Origin: Octopus vulgaris
Lineage: Eukaryota
Assembly (NCBI GenBank): GCA_951406725.2
Contig: OX597825.1
Coordinates: 64,728,001-64,792,000, forward strand
Direction of reading: 5' to 3'
Length of the DNA stretch: 64,000 nt
Shown here: positions 40,844-54,964 of the stretch, piece after piece
Layout: every line of letters starts with the position of its first letter
Numbering within the stretch: the stretch's first letter is position 1
The notes under the pieces: generated by a model
What the model was told of the DNA's origin: nothing
The model's database searches: none
Seen by the model: the letters and a program-made list of their open reading frames with translations, nothing else
Program-made: the position numbers and the translations under genes

Positions 40844-41071
40844 CAGAAGAATTCTGCTTACACACGAACAAGCATAGATATGCATGCTCGTGTATATACA
40901 TATGTATATGCACGCAAAAAACATCGCCATATCTTCGAATATTTAGTGGAACTACTGGACCTCTTTTGTAAACGTTCACCATACCATTCTCTTGGAGAGG
41001 ACTTGAAAACTGATAAGCATATCAACACACACACAAACACCCACACGCACATATACACACGTACACAAACA

Positions 41072-41114
<43 letters not shown>

Positions 41115-41210
41115 GTATACATATTTGTATGATAATTTTATTTTGTATGTTTAGATTTTATATATACATACATATAAAATGTAAGAATAATATCTATATG
41201 ATATGCACAT

Positions 41211-41368
41211 GCGCAAATGTCTCCTACTATAGTCCAGGGTCGACCTATGCCTTGTGAGGGGATTTGATGGACGGAAACTTAAAGAAGCCAGCCGTATATA
41301 TGTATATATGCATGTATGTATGTGTGTGTGTCATGTATCTTTGTGTGTCTGTGTGTGTATTCTAGCAA
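41211..41368 (+). mobile_element. SINE family A internal fragment
   Basis: gcaaatgtctcctactatag...gccttgtgaggggatttgatggacggaaacttaaagaagcc. Confidence 0.75.
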
Positions 41369-42078
41369 TATGAGTAATTGAATTTGCTTCATGCCATATT
41401 TTTCTGTACTTGTACCAACTCTAAATTTCTGTGTGTTAGTATAAACGCACACAGACACTCACAAAGACATACACACATAATGTATTTATCTATGCAGACG
41501 TACATACGTACGTGCCTATGTTCATATATAGAAAAATGCCTACAAATACGCATAAATGCATTGGCATTTGAGTACTCTCATAGAAGAGAAAGCGAAGTAT
41601 ATAGGCTTTTATTGTCACAGATTACTAAGTGAAGTACTTAAATGATGTGATTGGTAGCAATTGTGAAGCAAACATCTCTATTGAGATGGCCAAAACATAA
41701 TATATTATTGCCAAGATATTACATTATCTGGTAAATGGTACCTTAATCTATAGTTGATACACCAATAAATATGAGAATGTTGCAAATTATTTGGAACTAT
41801 GATAAATAAAATAACAATATCTGGACGGATACTATCGTGTACAAACACAAACACATACACACAAACACACAAACAAACAAACAAACAAACAAACAAGCAT
41901 CACACAAATACATAGTTAGGTAGTTAGGTATGTAGATATACAAGTATTTAGACAGGTATGTTTGTATTTTATTAAGTGTATACACATATATATGAATGTG
42001 TGTGTATGTGTGTGTGTCTAGGTGTATGTATATATGTGCAGGTGTGGATATATATAGATATATGTACAAACATGTATG

Positions 42079-42121
<43 letters not shown>

Positions 42122-42413
42122 AATGACACGATCTGAAACATCGGATTTTCACTCCTCATCGTACGTTCAGAGTACATATTTTTTGCCGAATTTATTCTAT
42201 AATAATAGCCTTGCCGATGTAGACCAACACAAGCCTCTTTAAAATTTTTTGGATCATCAATATTCTTATGTATGTCTATCTACCCCTCTCTCTCTCTGTC
42301 TCTCTCTCTCTCACTCTGTGTGTATATATATGTGTGTGTGTATCATATATATATATATATATCCATCTATCTATCTGTCTCTCTATCCATTTATCTAGCC
42401 ATCTATTTGTCAG

Positions 42414-42464
<51 letters not shown>

Positions 42465-42839
42465 GTCTAATATATGTGTGTGTATACACAAGAGTGTTTG
42501 CCCGTGAACTCGCGTGTAAGTATCATTATGCCATTTTTAAACTTGTAAATATGTGCATAACTTTCTTTCGGAGATATATTTTTCTGGCAAATAGTTTAAC
42601 CCTAAATCGAAAAATAATCATAAAATGAAAACTCAAAAAATAAAAGTTGTTAATTGCACTTAATTTGATATCTTAAAAAAGGTTGTGAACTGCACTTAAT
42701 TTGATATTTTAATATTCGTCGCACTTTCTTACAATCTGGCTGCAAAACACAGCTGCATTGCAACTCCGCAGTATGCCGTCTGCGAACAGTTCGCATTTAG
42801 TGCGACGAAAATTTAGACACCAAATGGTAAATGTTTAAG

Positions 42840-43171
42840 ATGGCTCAGTGGTTAGAGCATCGAGCTTACAATCGTGAGGTTGTGAGCTCGAATCCCGGAC
42901 CGGGCTGTGTGTTGTGTTCTTGAGCAAGACACTTTATTTCACGTTGCTCCAGCTCACTCGGCTGTAGAAATGAATTGCGACGTCACAGGTGCCAAGCTGT
43001 ATCGGCCCCTTTGCCTTTCCCTTGGATAACACTGGTGGCGTGGAGAGGGGAGGCTGGTATGCATGGGCGACTGCTGGTCTTCCATAAACAATCTTCCATA
43101 AATAGACTTGTGCCTGGGAGGGTAACTTTCTAGGTGCAACCCCACGGTCAGTCATGACCGAAGGGGGTCCT
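42840..43171 (+). mobile_element. tRNA-derived SINE family E (body shared with family D, distinct tail)
   Basis: A-box TGGCTCAGTGG and B-box AGCTCGAATCC. Body gttgtgttcttgagcaagacactttatttcacgttgctccag resembles 61049-61100. Confidence 0.85.
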
Positions 43172-44349
43172 AAAAATGTGTTCTTTACAATGGCTAATAC
43201 GCGACTTCCGCGATGGAATTACTTGTACATATGTACATCTTAATATGTAACAGAGTTAATTTTGCAGACATTTCTATAATAGTCTTTCATTTGAAAGAGA
43301 ATTCCGCTAATTTATTTGTCTCTCAATTTGAATCTAATTAGCTTTGTGTTTCTCAATTTCGGTATGTCTTTAACTGCATTCATTGCATCCTTCTCGTTTT
43401 CCTCACACACGCGCACGCGCGCTTCCTATTTCTCCCCACACTCTCTCTCTCTTCTTCTTCTTCTTCTTCTCCCTGTCTCCACATTTCTACTCCGGTGTCC
43501 GTTTTCGTTTTATGTACTTATCTTTAATTCAATACTTTCTCAATTTCTCTCAGGCCATTGTATCAACACCTCTCATAGAAAACTTGAAATCCAATTAATT
43601 ATTCACATTTATTCGAAACCCATATCAAGGTATATTTTCGTTAAAGTCTTACCCATTTCGCACTTTCATCCGTTATCATTCCGCTCCGCAACAGCTTTGG
43701 TCATTTGCATATAGGTCATAGAGTATGAAAACTCGAATACTCAAGCTCTAAATGAATGTAATCGAATCTTTCAACACTATGTTAATGGACTTCAAGAAAT
43801 ATGTATTTTTCAAAGTTTTGCAACTGTCTGGTCACACAAATGGGCAGTACTTCAGATGTTAGATAATTATTATTAATTAATTATATATAGATATTTCTCC
43901 ACGACATTGTTGCAGGATAATGAATCTGGTCTTCATAGTTTGTAAACACATGATTACAAACTAAATATTATGCATAAGCCTTGATACCCAGAACATCATC
44001 CCACTGAAATCTTTTCTCAGATCATGTCTTTCCTGACCAGTAACAATTTAAACAGAACATTAACTGCATCGATCTCATCAGCTTCGACGGTCTTCAAGAG
44101 CTATGCCCTTTGTCACTTTACCGTAGAATCATCATGAATGAATGGCGTTTGTTAGTATAAAACGATATACATTTCCCATCATAGTTCACACTACATTGCA
44201 AAAGTATGCGTAACCCATTTATTCAAGTATTCTCATTTCTGCTCTCACATATATGGTTGTAAACATGAATACTACTACGTCTGCCGCAAGTTGTCCCGAA
44301 TTTATTTCCAGCGGTTGTTTCAATGGATCATCATTTGTGACAGTCATTG

Positions 44350-44784
44350 TTTTTACTCTTTTTACTCTTTACTCTTTACTCTTTTACTTGTTTCAGTCAT
44401 TTGACTGCGGCCATGCTGAGGCACCACCTTAATCGAGCAACTCGACCCCGGGACTTATTCTTTGTAAGCTCAGTACTTATTCTATCGGTCTCTTTTGCCG
44501 AACCGCTAAGTGACGAGGACGTAAACACACCAGCATCGGTTGTCAAGTAATGCTAGGGGGACAAACACAGACACACAAACATACACGCACACATATATAT
44601 ATATACATATACATATATACGACGGGCTTCTTTCAGTTTCCGTCTACCAAATCCACTCACAAGGCCTTGGTCGGCCCGATGCTATAGTAGAAGACACTTG
44701 CCCAAGGTGCCACGCAGTGGGACTGAACCCGAAACCATGTGGTTGGTAAGCAAGCTACTTACCACACAGCCACTCCTGCGCCTA
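44350..44784 (-). mobile_element. SINE family A, full length, young
   Basis: Reverse complement of the full consensus, ending cacagccactcctgcgccta, with a (TTTACTC)n tail. Confidence 0.94.
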
Positions 44785-45594
44785 CTCGGGATTTTATTTG
44801 AAAGACTACATCTCCAGATTAAAACTTTCTCTGCAGATAGAAATTTCTGAAACTACTGTATTGTTTACAGAATAATTGAACTCTCTCTAATGTCGAAGTT
44901 ATGTTTTTAGTACATTCTGTTGCATTATTTCCTCACTCAAATCCGCTCCATAAGAGAAGTTGTGTGCATTCAACAGTTACCATGTTATCGTGGCCTGCTA
45001 TGGCAACAAAACTAATGTTTACAAGGCAAACATTATCTGCAAACTGAAGCGAAATAAATATAAAAGCTAGCCAACTAAAGCAAAGTGGAATAAATGACAA
45101 GCTGCATTTCCCAAAGTGCGTACAACTCCTAAAAAATATTTCATATAGAAAAGCATTTAGTGTGGAATAACCAAAATATTTACTGCCCTGTGGACTGGTC
45201 TTACGACTAAGTGAACACACAGCTTAAGAGCTGGAAGCAGTACGCGATCGATGAACGATTGAACTTTAGTGATTATGCTTGTACTCTGGATAGATATGCT
45301 GGATGTCACACCCCTCATAATGCCACATCGCTTTCGTTTCCCTTTTTTTTTCGTTCCCCCCCTTTTTTTTTTCGTTCGCGCTCAAATATATTTTATGGTC
45401 TGATTATATAAACTAAAGCAAAAATATACACCAGTGTTATTGGAACTTGTTTTACATCTGTGCAAGTAAATGATTCTACGCACACACGTATAAATCCACA
45501 CGTAAATATTTATATGCATATACTCAGATACACACACACGCACAATTATATATACAGACAAACACACACATAAATACACGTGAGTGTATCAATC

Positions 45595-45626
<32 letters not shown>

Positions 45627-45725
45627 TACATATATATATATATATACATATATATATACACACATATATATATATACATATATATATATACATATATATA
45701 TATATACACACATATATACATACAC

Positions 45726-45776
<51 letters not shown>

Positions 45777-45781
45777 CATAC

Positions 45782-45835
<54 letters not shown>

Positions 45836-45880
45836 AAGTCAAAAATAGAAAATGCTAAAATAATTTTATAGTGAACATTT

Positions 45881-45918
45881 CAGTACCGGTTTCGGTCATT
45901 TTGAGACCTTTTCAACTG
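45881..45918 (-). ncRNA. Type-I hammerhead ribozyme motif, U3-A8 core variant (left arm)
   Basis: Exact reverse complement of 46443-46480. Confidence 0.7.
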
Positions 45919-46442
45919 TAACGATTAAATAATTAAATTTAGAAAAATTAGAAGAAAAGTTTTTTTAAAAGAATATTTCTATGGTAGTGTTCAGATTTAA
46001 GTGGCATTCTGCCTTTCTCTGACTCCCTTGTTTGCACTTGTGTGTCGGAGGTCGTTGTGAGTTCTTGGAAGGGTAGTAGAGGAAGAAGGCTGGTGGGGAA
46101 AGGGGGATGGGAGAATCTGGGAGTGCCCTGATGGTCGTATTTTGAATGGTCAGTGGCGGCTGGCAGTCTCAGTTCAATTCAGGAGAACTGAGACTGCCAG
46201 CCGCCACTGACCATTCAAAATACGACCATCAGGGCACTCCCAGATTCTCCCATCCCCCTTTCCCCACCAGCCTTCTTCCTCTACTCACCCTTCCAAGAAC
46301 TCACAACGACCTCCGACACACAAGTGCAAACAAGGGAGTCAGAGAAAGACAGAATGCCACTTAAATCTGAACACTACTATAGAAATATTCTTTTAAAAAA
46401 ACTTTTCTTCTAATTTTTCTAAATTTAATTATTTAATCGTTA

Positions 46443-46480
46443 CAGTTGAAAAGGTCTCAAAATGACCGAAACCGGTACTG
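46443..46480 (+). ncRNA. Type-I hammerhead ribozyme motif, U3-A8 core variant (right arm)
   Basis: CAG TTGAAAA GGTC tcaaaat GACC GAAA C CG G TA CTG. Stem I is CAG/CTG, the core is 7 nt, stem II is GGTC/GACC, and stem III is palindromic ACCGGT. Predicted cut after GUA at 46477. Confidence 0.7.
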
Positions 46481-46563
46481 AAATGTTCACTATAAAATTA
46501 TTTTAGCATTTTCTATTTTTGACTTGTTTTTTCATATATATCAACTCGTGTGTTCCTTTTCAC

Positions 46564-46608
<45 letters not shown>

Positions 46609-49106
46609 CACATGCACATATGTACACATGTATTGCTTTCTAGCCTTCTCCATTCTGTTTTCTCTCGATATCGAAAACCGCTTTATAATCACCAACAATG
46701 TGCTGAAATGGCGATATTCTAACAACCTCAATGAACGCATAAATTGTCTTTTTACTAGGCTTATTTATTTAACAGGTGAAGTGGATGTAAAATAATTTCG
46801 TTGCATTTCTAAGCCTCTTTCCACTCCAACTGACTCTCTCTCCCTTTTTCGTGTTTCTCTATTTCTATCTTTCAGCCTGTCTGTTTTTCTGTCTCTGTCT
46901 CTCTCACAACAACAAATTTCACTAAAACATCTATTTGTATTAGAGCACGAACAAAATAACATTTTTCATGTCAAGTGATTTCCTATAGTTATTTATACAT
47001 GCAAATAATAATAATAATAATAATGCTAATAATAATAATATTGTTAACGAAAATACCAGAAACAGTAGCAACAACACGAACAGCAACAAGGAACAATAAG
47101 GCTGACAAAAACCTTTAAGTTTAGATAGAACCGCATGGAATTAATTGAATGCGCCAAGAGAAAATGGAAAGCAAATATCATTACAATGAACAATTATTCG
47201 ATATTCCAACAATAACAAAAACAACACGTATAACAACTACAACAACAAAACCAAAGACAAACAAGAACGGTTGTAGTATGAGGAATAAGTAGAACGCGAA
47301 TAATAATATTAATAATGTTGATGAAAATAATAATAATAATAATGATAATAATGGCTAGATCAGAAAACAGTTTTGCTTCCTCTTTTCATATAAATTCTAA
47401 AGCAAATCTTAAATAAATAAGCTTTGTTCGTATTAAGGTTCATGCTTGAATTAATGGGCTAATTTTATATAAGATGGAATATATTTAAATATATTATTCC
47501 ATCACATATGATGTGATTGTTTTACATAGTGAGCAAAAAGGTGAATGTATGTGAGTGTCTGTGTGTATTTGTGTATGTGTTTGCGTGTTTCTGTTTGTGT
47601 GTGTGTAGTGGTAGAGAGAAAGATAAACGCTGAATGGAAAATCAGAAACAGAGACAGATAAATTGGCAAACAAAAACACGTATGCATGTATGTATGTATG
47701 TATGTATGCATGTATTATATGTACGTATGAATTTTTCACGTGTACGTACACGTATTATCTGAGCGTGTGTATGTGGACTTGTGTGTACTTATTTCTGATA
47801 AACGAAAATTGATTATGTTCCTTCGTTCAATAAAAATATAATTCGATGAAATATGAAGTTTATCGTTCGTATTTATGGTGAGTGATATTTGTAGTGTCTT
47901 AACTGAATCGTATATTATGGGTAAACATGAAACTCACAGCAAACAGGTGTTAATATATAAATATGTCTGTAAGCGTATGTGTTTCTGAGCGTGTATGAGA
48001 CAGAGAGAGACAGAGAGAGAGAGTGAGAGAAGGGGACTAGAGGTCCAGGTGTTGCAATTATGGTTGCAAAATTATTATTTCCATTCACTAAATGATTGAC
48101 ATGTATTCTTGACTTGAGTAAAACATCTTTTCGTGTTAATCAGTGAGCACTTCGACATCTGATATATATTAAACCATGCACCTTTACATGTGATGTCGAT
48201 TTCATGAATGAAGTGAACGCTAAAACACAGCACAAAGAGTTGATCACTACAGCCAAATCATCTGTGCAGGTGACTCAACAAGTAGTGAAGTATCACTCAT
48301 TATTGCCTACGGCAGGAAAGCCCTCGATATATACGTATACATTTATGTATATCCATGAGTAGGCGTATAAGATAATATAACGGCATATGAATGCAGACAT
48401 TTGCATATATACATACACAAAACAGAAATGCTCAAAGGATAGGATATCAGACCTCGATTTTGCAAATTCGGAAGGCATTTTACACATGACATTTGACAAA
48501 TGTTCATTTAAATTATAAATTATTTGAACCTTAGATACTAAAATAAGCTTGAATATATATCGTAACACCCCCCAAAAAATCCAAATATATCGTAATACCC
48601 AAAGAAAGCTAATAGTGCTGATGTTGACAAAGCCCTTACCCATTAATGGTTAGTGTCGTCTGGCTTAAAATCAGAAGTACAAGGGTTAAGATGAGCATGG
48701 CAGCTGAAATTGCTCTAGGTGGCTATGGTTGATAAGAGAGTGCAAATGAAATATTTACATTGGTAAGTACTACTTTAGTCTTCACTGCCCAACTCAGGCG
48801 ATACAGTCTGGGAACTGAATCATTTCTGATACGGAGATACAGAAACATTTCTGGGATTGCGATGGATGCAGAAGACCTTGCAAAATTTCTGAGTAGCGCT
48901 TGCTGTTTCTGTGAAAGACAAAGCAGCTCTGATGCTTAGTTCAACATTCACCCCACCTCTACACACACACACCACACAAATACACACAGAGATAAATATT
49001 TATATGTATGTGTATATATATATATATATCATAATAAATAATATATATAAACACACACGCATAGACATACACACACACACTCACACACACACACACACAC
49101 ACACAC

Positions 49107-49239
<133 letters not shown>

Positions 49240-49788
49240 ATATATATATATATATATGGATACCAACTGTGCAACAACATGAAATACGTCAAAACAGTAA
49301 AATAGCTGTCCTCATTTCGAGCATTCAACGACAATATGAGACTTCAAAGACAGCTGCTCCCATAAATTCTAAAATAAATTTAAGATTTATGGAGTGTTCA
49401 AAGTTGGGAACAAAAACAGAACAGTGAAGACATACAAGTAAACCGAAGGAAAACAAACATGTGTGTACACATATCTGCAAATGTGTTCCTACATTCTGTC
49501 TACAAATGAAATTGAATGACTGGAGAATCGCAAGTCTACGTCTTGTCCTGATAATATAAACATACCAATAAGTTTTATGCCGTAAGCAAGAACAGTATTC
49601 TAGAGTTTCGGAGAGAAAGATTCACGGCGTAAAGAATACTAGAAGGATAAATTGAAGTTAATGAGATTGAGAAAGAATGCAGAAGGGAGATAATAAACTT
49701 ACAAATCTAAACAGATTTACTAATCTGTTAGTAAACATGCGGAAAAAATATATAGACATGTGTGTATCTGTGCATATGTGTGTTTATG

Positions 49789-49842
<54 letters not shown>

Positions 49843-50241
49843 ATATGGGGAGAACACTAATACATACATACATATTTATGTGTGTGTAAGCAGGAGAATG
49901 ACAGAGAATTAAATGTCTATATATAGAAATATAGGTATGTTCGTATATATACGGATGCGTGAAGGTAAGTTGGTATGAATATCGCTGATTTTCCTTTCTG
50001 CTTCCTCCAATTTATTTCTCCCAATTTACAACCATTTCTCTCTATCACATAATCAAATTCTATAAAATAACAGCCAAAATGGAATAAATTATTGATGAGA
50101 AAAAATTGCATTGAATAGAAATAGCTTCTGAAATAGCACTAATAAAAGGCAAATTCACATATCTGGATATGCATATGTGTACTTGTATATGTGTGTATAT
50201 TGCTATATGTATAAGTGTAAATATATGTGTATTAATGTGAA

Positions 50242-50272
<31 letters not shown>

Positions 50273-50615
50273 GTATGCATGTGCATACATACATATTTAG
50301 ACACATATATGCAGCTGTATATTTACATTTATACTATATAAATCATATATATGAAACATCTTGTTTGAACTTAAATGTCCTTCACGGATATTGATATGAA
50401 TTTTACTGTCACACTCTCACACAAATACACAGGGCTGGAAGTGTGTGTGTATGTGTGAATTTGTGTGAGAGAGAGGGAGAGAGGAGAAATAAGAATAAAA
50501 ACGAGTTTCTGCCGTTTATTAGATGTTCGAAGTGCAGTTAGTGCAATTAGATACTCAGCAGCAAACGATCATCGGGTATGAACGTCTTTCTATGTTTCTC
50601 TCAGCAAAACGTCCC

Positions 50616-50681
50616 CCACTGTAGGTCTACCACTGTAGTCTACCACTTTATGTCTACCACTGTAGGTCGACCACTGTAGTC
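50616..50681 (+). repeat. 13-14 bp minisatellite, 5 copies (ccactgtaggtcta)
   Basis: Directly visible. Confidence 0.85.
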
Positions 50682-50719
50682 GGGTTTTGGTCAACTTCAC
50701 CATGCCAAACGCAAGTTTA

Positions 50720-51044
50720 ATATAAATATTTTTACATGGAGCTCAAAAAATAAAGCTTCAAGTAATGAAAAATATGAAGAATATGTCAAAGTTGACTCGA
50801 CAGCTGTTTCGGGAAACCCGGAGAAACGTAATAGTGATAATAATCATAATTTGTAGAAGAAATCTGCGAAAAGCTATTGGTATGCAACCGGCCATTAAAA
50901 TATATTCTATTAAGTTCACAAGTGAGAAACCTGTCTAGAAGAGTGGAGCCGGACATCCTGAAACAGCTGTCGTGTTAGGAAATTAAATATTTTCTTCATA
51001 TTTTATTTTGTTTGTTTTCTGATCCATGTAAATATATTTATATA
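50720..51044. mobile_element. Diverged fold-back element; each arm has the 3' half of a hammerhead (GAAAC AGCT GTC)
   Basis: tataaatatttttacatgga..aaaatatgaaga..cgacagctgtttcggga (50720-50814) is inverted relative to tcctgaaacagctgtcg..tcttcatatttt..tccatgtaaatatatttata (50956-51044). Confidence 0.6.
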
Positions 51045-51219
51045 TATTTGACTGCACGGGCCTTAACTTGGAAGAACAATTCAGCGTTTAATTTTATATT
51101 CTTCTGTTGGGCATCACTATATGTTTTCTATACTAAGCACACCCAGCTCTCATCTACTGCCCGTATATAAATTTATATATGTACATGCATATGAATCTAT
51201 CTATCTATCATTTCATATA

Positions 51220-52017
51220 TCTATATCTATATATGTAAATATATAAAATTCAGTTTGTGAGTGTTTGTATGTATCTGTATCTGTGTGTGTGTCTGTGTAT
51301 GATTCTGTGGTGCGTATGCTCCTTATGGATTTGAAAACTGAATCGATGATTTTGATTTATGAGTTATGGAAAGATTCAATAATCTTTCGGTTACCAAATG
51401 AAGTATGTTTTTTTGATAACAACTCTGTTTAACTAAATAAATGACATCGAAAATGAGGTCGGGTCGCACAATTTTAAGGTTATTTTGGGGCAATATTTCG
51501 ATTTGATTCTAATCTACGTTACCAATTTTAATGTTTTCTGTGTCACAAAATGCAGCAATATACAAGAAGTGTTATGAGTGCATTTTTGATACACAAAATG
51601 CTATTTGTCAACAGAAAATGACTAAGAAACCTGCTTTTTGTGAACAATTATTGGCACATTTTCCGTCAATAATGGCTTTTGTGCCACAAATACACTTCCC
51701 ATGTGAACGTCTTGAGTATTTAAGGATTGAACAATGTCTTTGAAGTATTGAGGTACCATTTCTTTGCGCAACAGAAACTTGACTAACAAACCGTGTTTCT
51801 GGCTTAATTGTGATCGCTTCTGGAATTACTACAGAAAGTAATTTCTCCATGAAGATTATCTTAGTAACATTCGACTCACGAATGCTAAACGAACGCTCTC
51901 AGGTTTAAATTCAATAAGATTTCCACAAGGATTAAGCACAGTAACAGCCTATATTCGTGTAAGTGTGGTAAGGACGTGTGGTAATTATTGCAAGTGTGGT
52001 AAGAACTCGGAAATTGA

Positions 52018-52068
<51 letters not shown>

Positions 52069-52085
52069 TATATATATGTACACAC

Positions 52086-52136
<51 letters not shown>

Positions 52137-52190
52137 ATACAATATGGGTGTATGTTATAACATCCGGGCAACGCCAGGGTGTATTGCTTG
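51220..52190 (+). mobile_element. Putative non-autonomous Helitron
   Basis: The 5' end TCtata..tataaaattcagtttgtgagtgt resembles the 59530 start. The 3' end ccgggcaacgccagggtgtattgCTTG resembles the hairpin plus CTAG end at 59923. Confidence 0.55.
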
Positions 52191-52196
52191 TGTGTA

Positions 52197-52256
<60 letters not shown>

Positions 52257-52864
52257 CATATATGTATATTTGTATATGCAACTGTATATGTGTAAAAATG
52301 AATATATATGTGTATGGGTAGGTGTGTTTGTGTCCCATTTCAAACTAAGAATATATGCACACACACACACACGCACATATATACAGTTATATAGCAAATT
52401 CCGCACCACAAAACACAAACAGCAAATAATCAAGAACAAACCACAACTCTCTACAATGAGCAATATAAACGAACAATAAATTTAAACATGCTTCACAGCA
52501 CTACATCACTGCTTTTTCCATTCAATTTATAATAAGCTTTTGAATATTCATAAAACATCGTTCTGGCGTGCTTAATTTATTAATTTATTTTATTCTATTT
52601 ATTATTTTATTTTCATTATAGTTCTGTTCCTAGACTTTTCAATTTTATAAATACTCACCATTGTTATTATTCGTATGAATTTCTGGGTAGATTAAGCACA
52701 TTTTCTAAAGTATGCAGATTGCAGCGTGTGGTTTGTTAACGAAAGTATCAGAACTAACGAAAGACCTTATGTCAAAATATAATTTTATGCATAAAAAATA
52801 TCGATATCGCCCTCTGGCTCTCTCCCTCTCTCTATCACTCCTTTCTATATTCCTCACTTTATGT

Positions 52865-53510
<646 letters not shown>

Positions 53511-53943
53511 TGCAGGATTGATAGAAACACAAAATGTAAATGGTTCTAAAACATAGGTGTATATTATGTTCATTCCTTAATCAGCAACATTTAGTAAGTG
53601 ACGAAATAGTCCTGAGGTTGGTGTGTGCCCATATCAAACTGAATTAAATCTGAGATTATGCACACATGTATGCATGCATATATATCTTTATATGCATGTA
53701 CAAAGAGAAAAATACACAAGTTTGTTAGCGAGCATGTATATATATATATATATATATATCAATTCATTTATATTTGCTTACATGACTATGCATATAAGTG
53801 TTTATACATTTGTAATTATATATTTATAAAATATATAGTATGTATCCATTATGTCCATGCATGAATGTATGAAAACGTGTGTGTGTAGATATACACTCCT
53901 GCATCTACGTGCGCATACACAAATGCACGCGCGTACGCACACA

Positions 53944-54011
<68 letters not shown>

Positions 54012-54171
54012 CACACGTACAGAGAACGGAGAAACTCGAAGTTAAATCTATAGAGAATAGCATTTAGATAATTGAGAGGAAAGAGCCACTGATAGAAAAA
54101 AATGGATGGTGCTCGTGATCATTCATATGTGAAAAAGTATGCATGTCTGTTTCTTTGTATGTATGTAAAGG

Positions 54172-54205
<34 letters not shown>

Positions 54206-54964
54206 TATAAACCATATGTCATATCGTATATAAATATATATATATATATATACTATATGACTGTTTTAATTTAGTCTCTTCTTTGTTCGGTAGCTGATTC
54301 TGTGAAATGATCTAAAAAATCAATAAAGCAGTTATTATTAGAATCTTGATTAAAAAATAAATAAATCAACCAAAATTTGTACAATATTATTTACATGTTG
54401 CTTTATTTTAATGACATTTTAAAAATATGAGTATAAATTTCAACGTATTTCTATTGTATCTGCTTCTTTTCCGAATATTTATTCTGAAGTGAATTTGCTG
54501 TTAAGCTATATCTATTTCGATAAGTAACAGTTCTCTAAGCAATGTAGCTTTCTTGTATTTGATATTTTTCTGAAACTCATTTTAACTTCATTGTTTTCAC
54601 CCGTCTTTATCGTTTTCACACTTTGTAGAACAGAAATTTATATTAATGTAGAATATTTTCATTGCAAATATCATTTTAGTAATAATAGTTTCCAATTTCG
54701 GATATTTCCAACGAATCCACGTATTCAGACCCACCCATCACGTTCTTTTAAGAGGATTTGAATACCACTTTTTAACTACAGATTTGTATTTGTAGTTACA
54801 ATGAATAATGTGCTATCGTGAAACAAGAACTTGTTAAAAACTTTTGAAAACGCTTTCGCGTATTCCGAGCTCTCTTTTGAATTATAATTTTTGTCGTTTA
54901 ATAATATAGAATCGTTGTGACGTTCCGGTTTCAATATTTATTGCAGCTGTAATATTTTTGTCAT

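Larger units (their letters stand above)
45836..46525. mobile_element. Near-perfect 690-bp palindromic (fold-back) element with a hammerhead ribozyme motif in each arm
   Basis: Arms 45836-46175 and 46185-46525 are reverse complements apart from 2 substitutions and 1 single-base indel. The spacer is 9 nt (aattcagga). (TA)n tracts lie on both sides. Confidence 0.95.

Noticed and set aside
42596-43259. ttaaccct ... agagttaa as piggyBac-like termini around SINE E
   Set aside because: The match is only about 7-8 bp with a mismatch, which is not distinguishable from chance.
46146-46364. 72-aa ORF across the palindrome centre
   Set aside because: It spans the inversion junction, so it is created by the fold-back. 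No recognisable domain.
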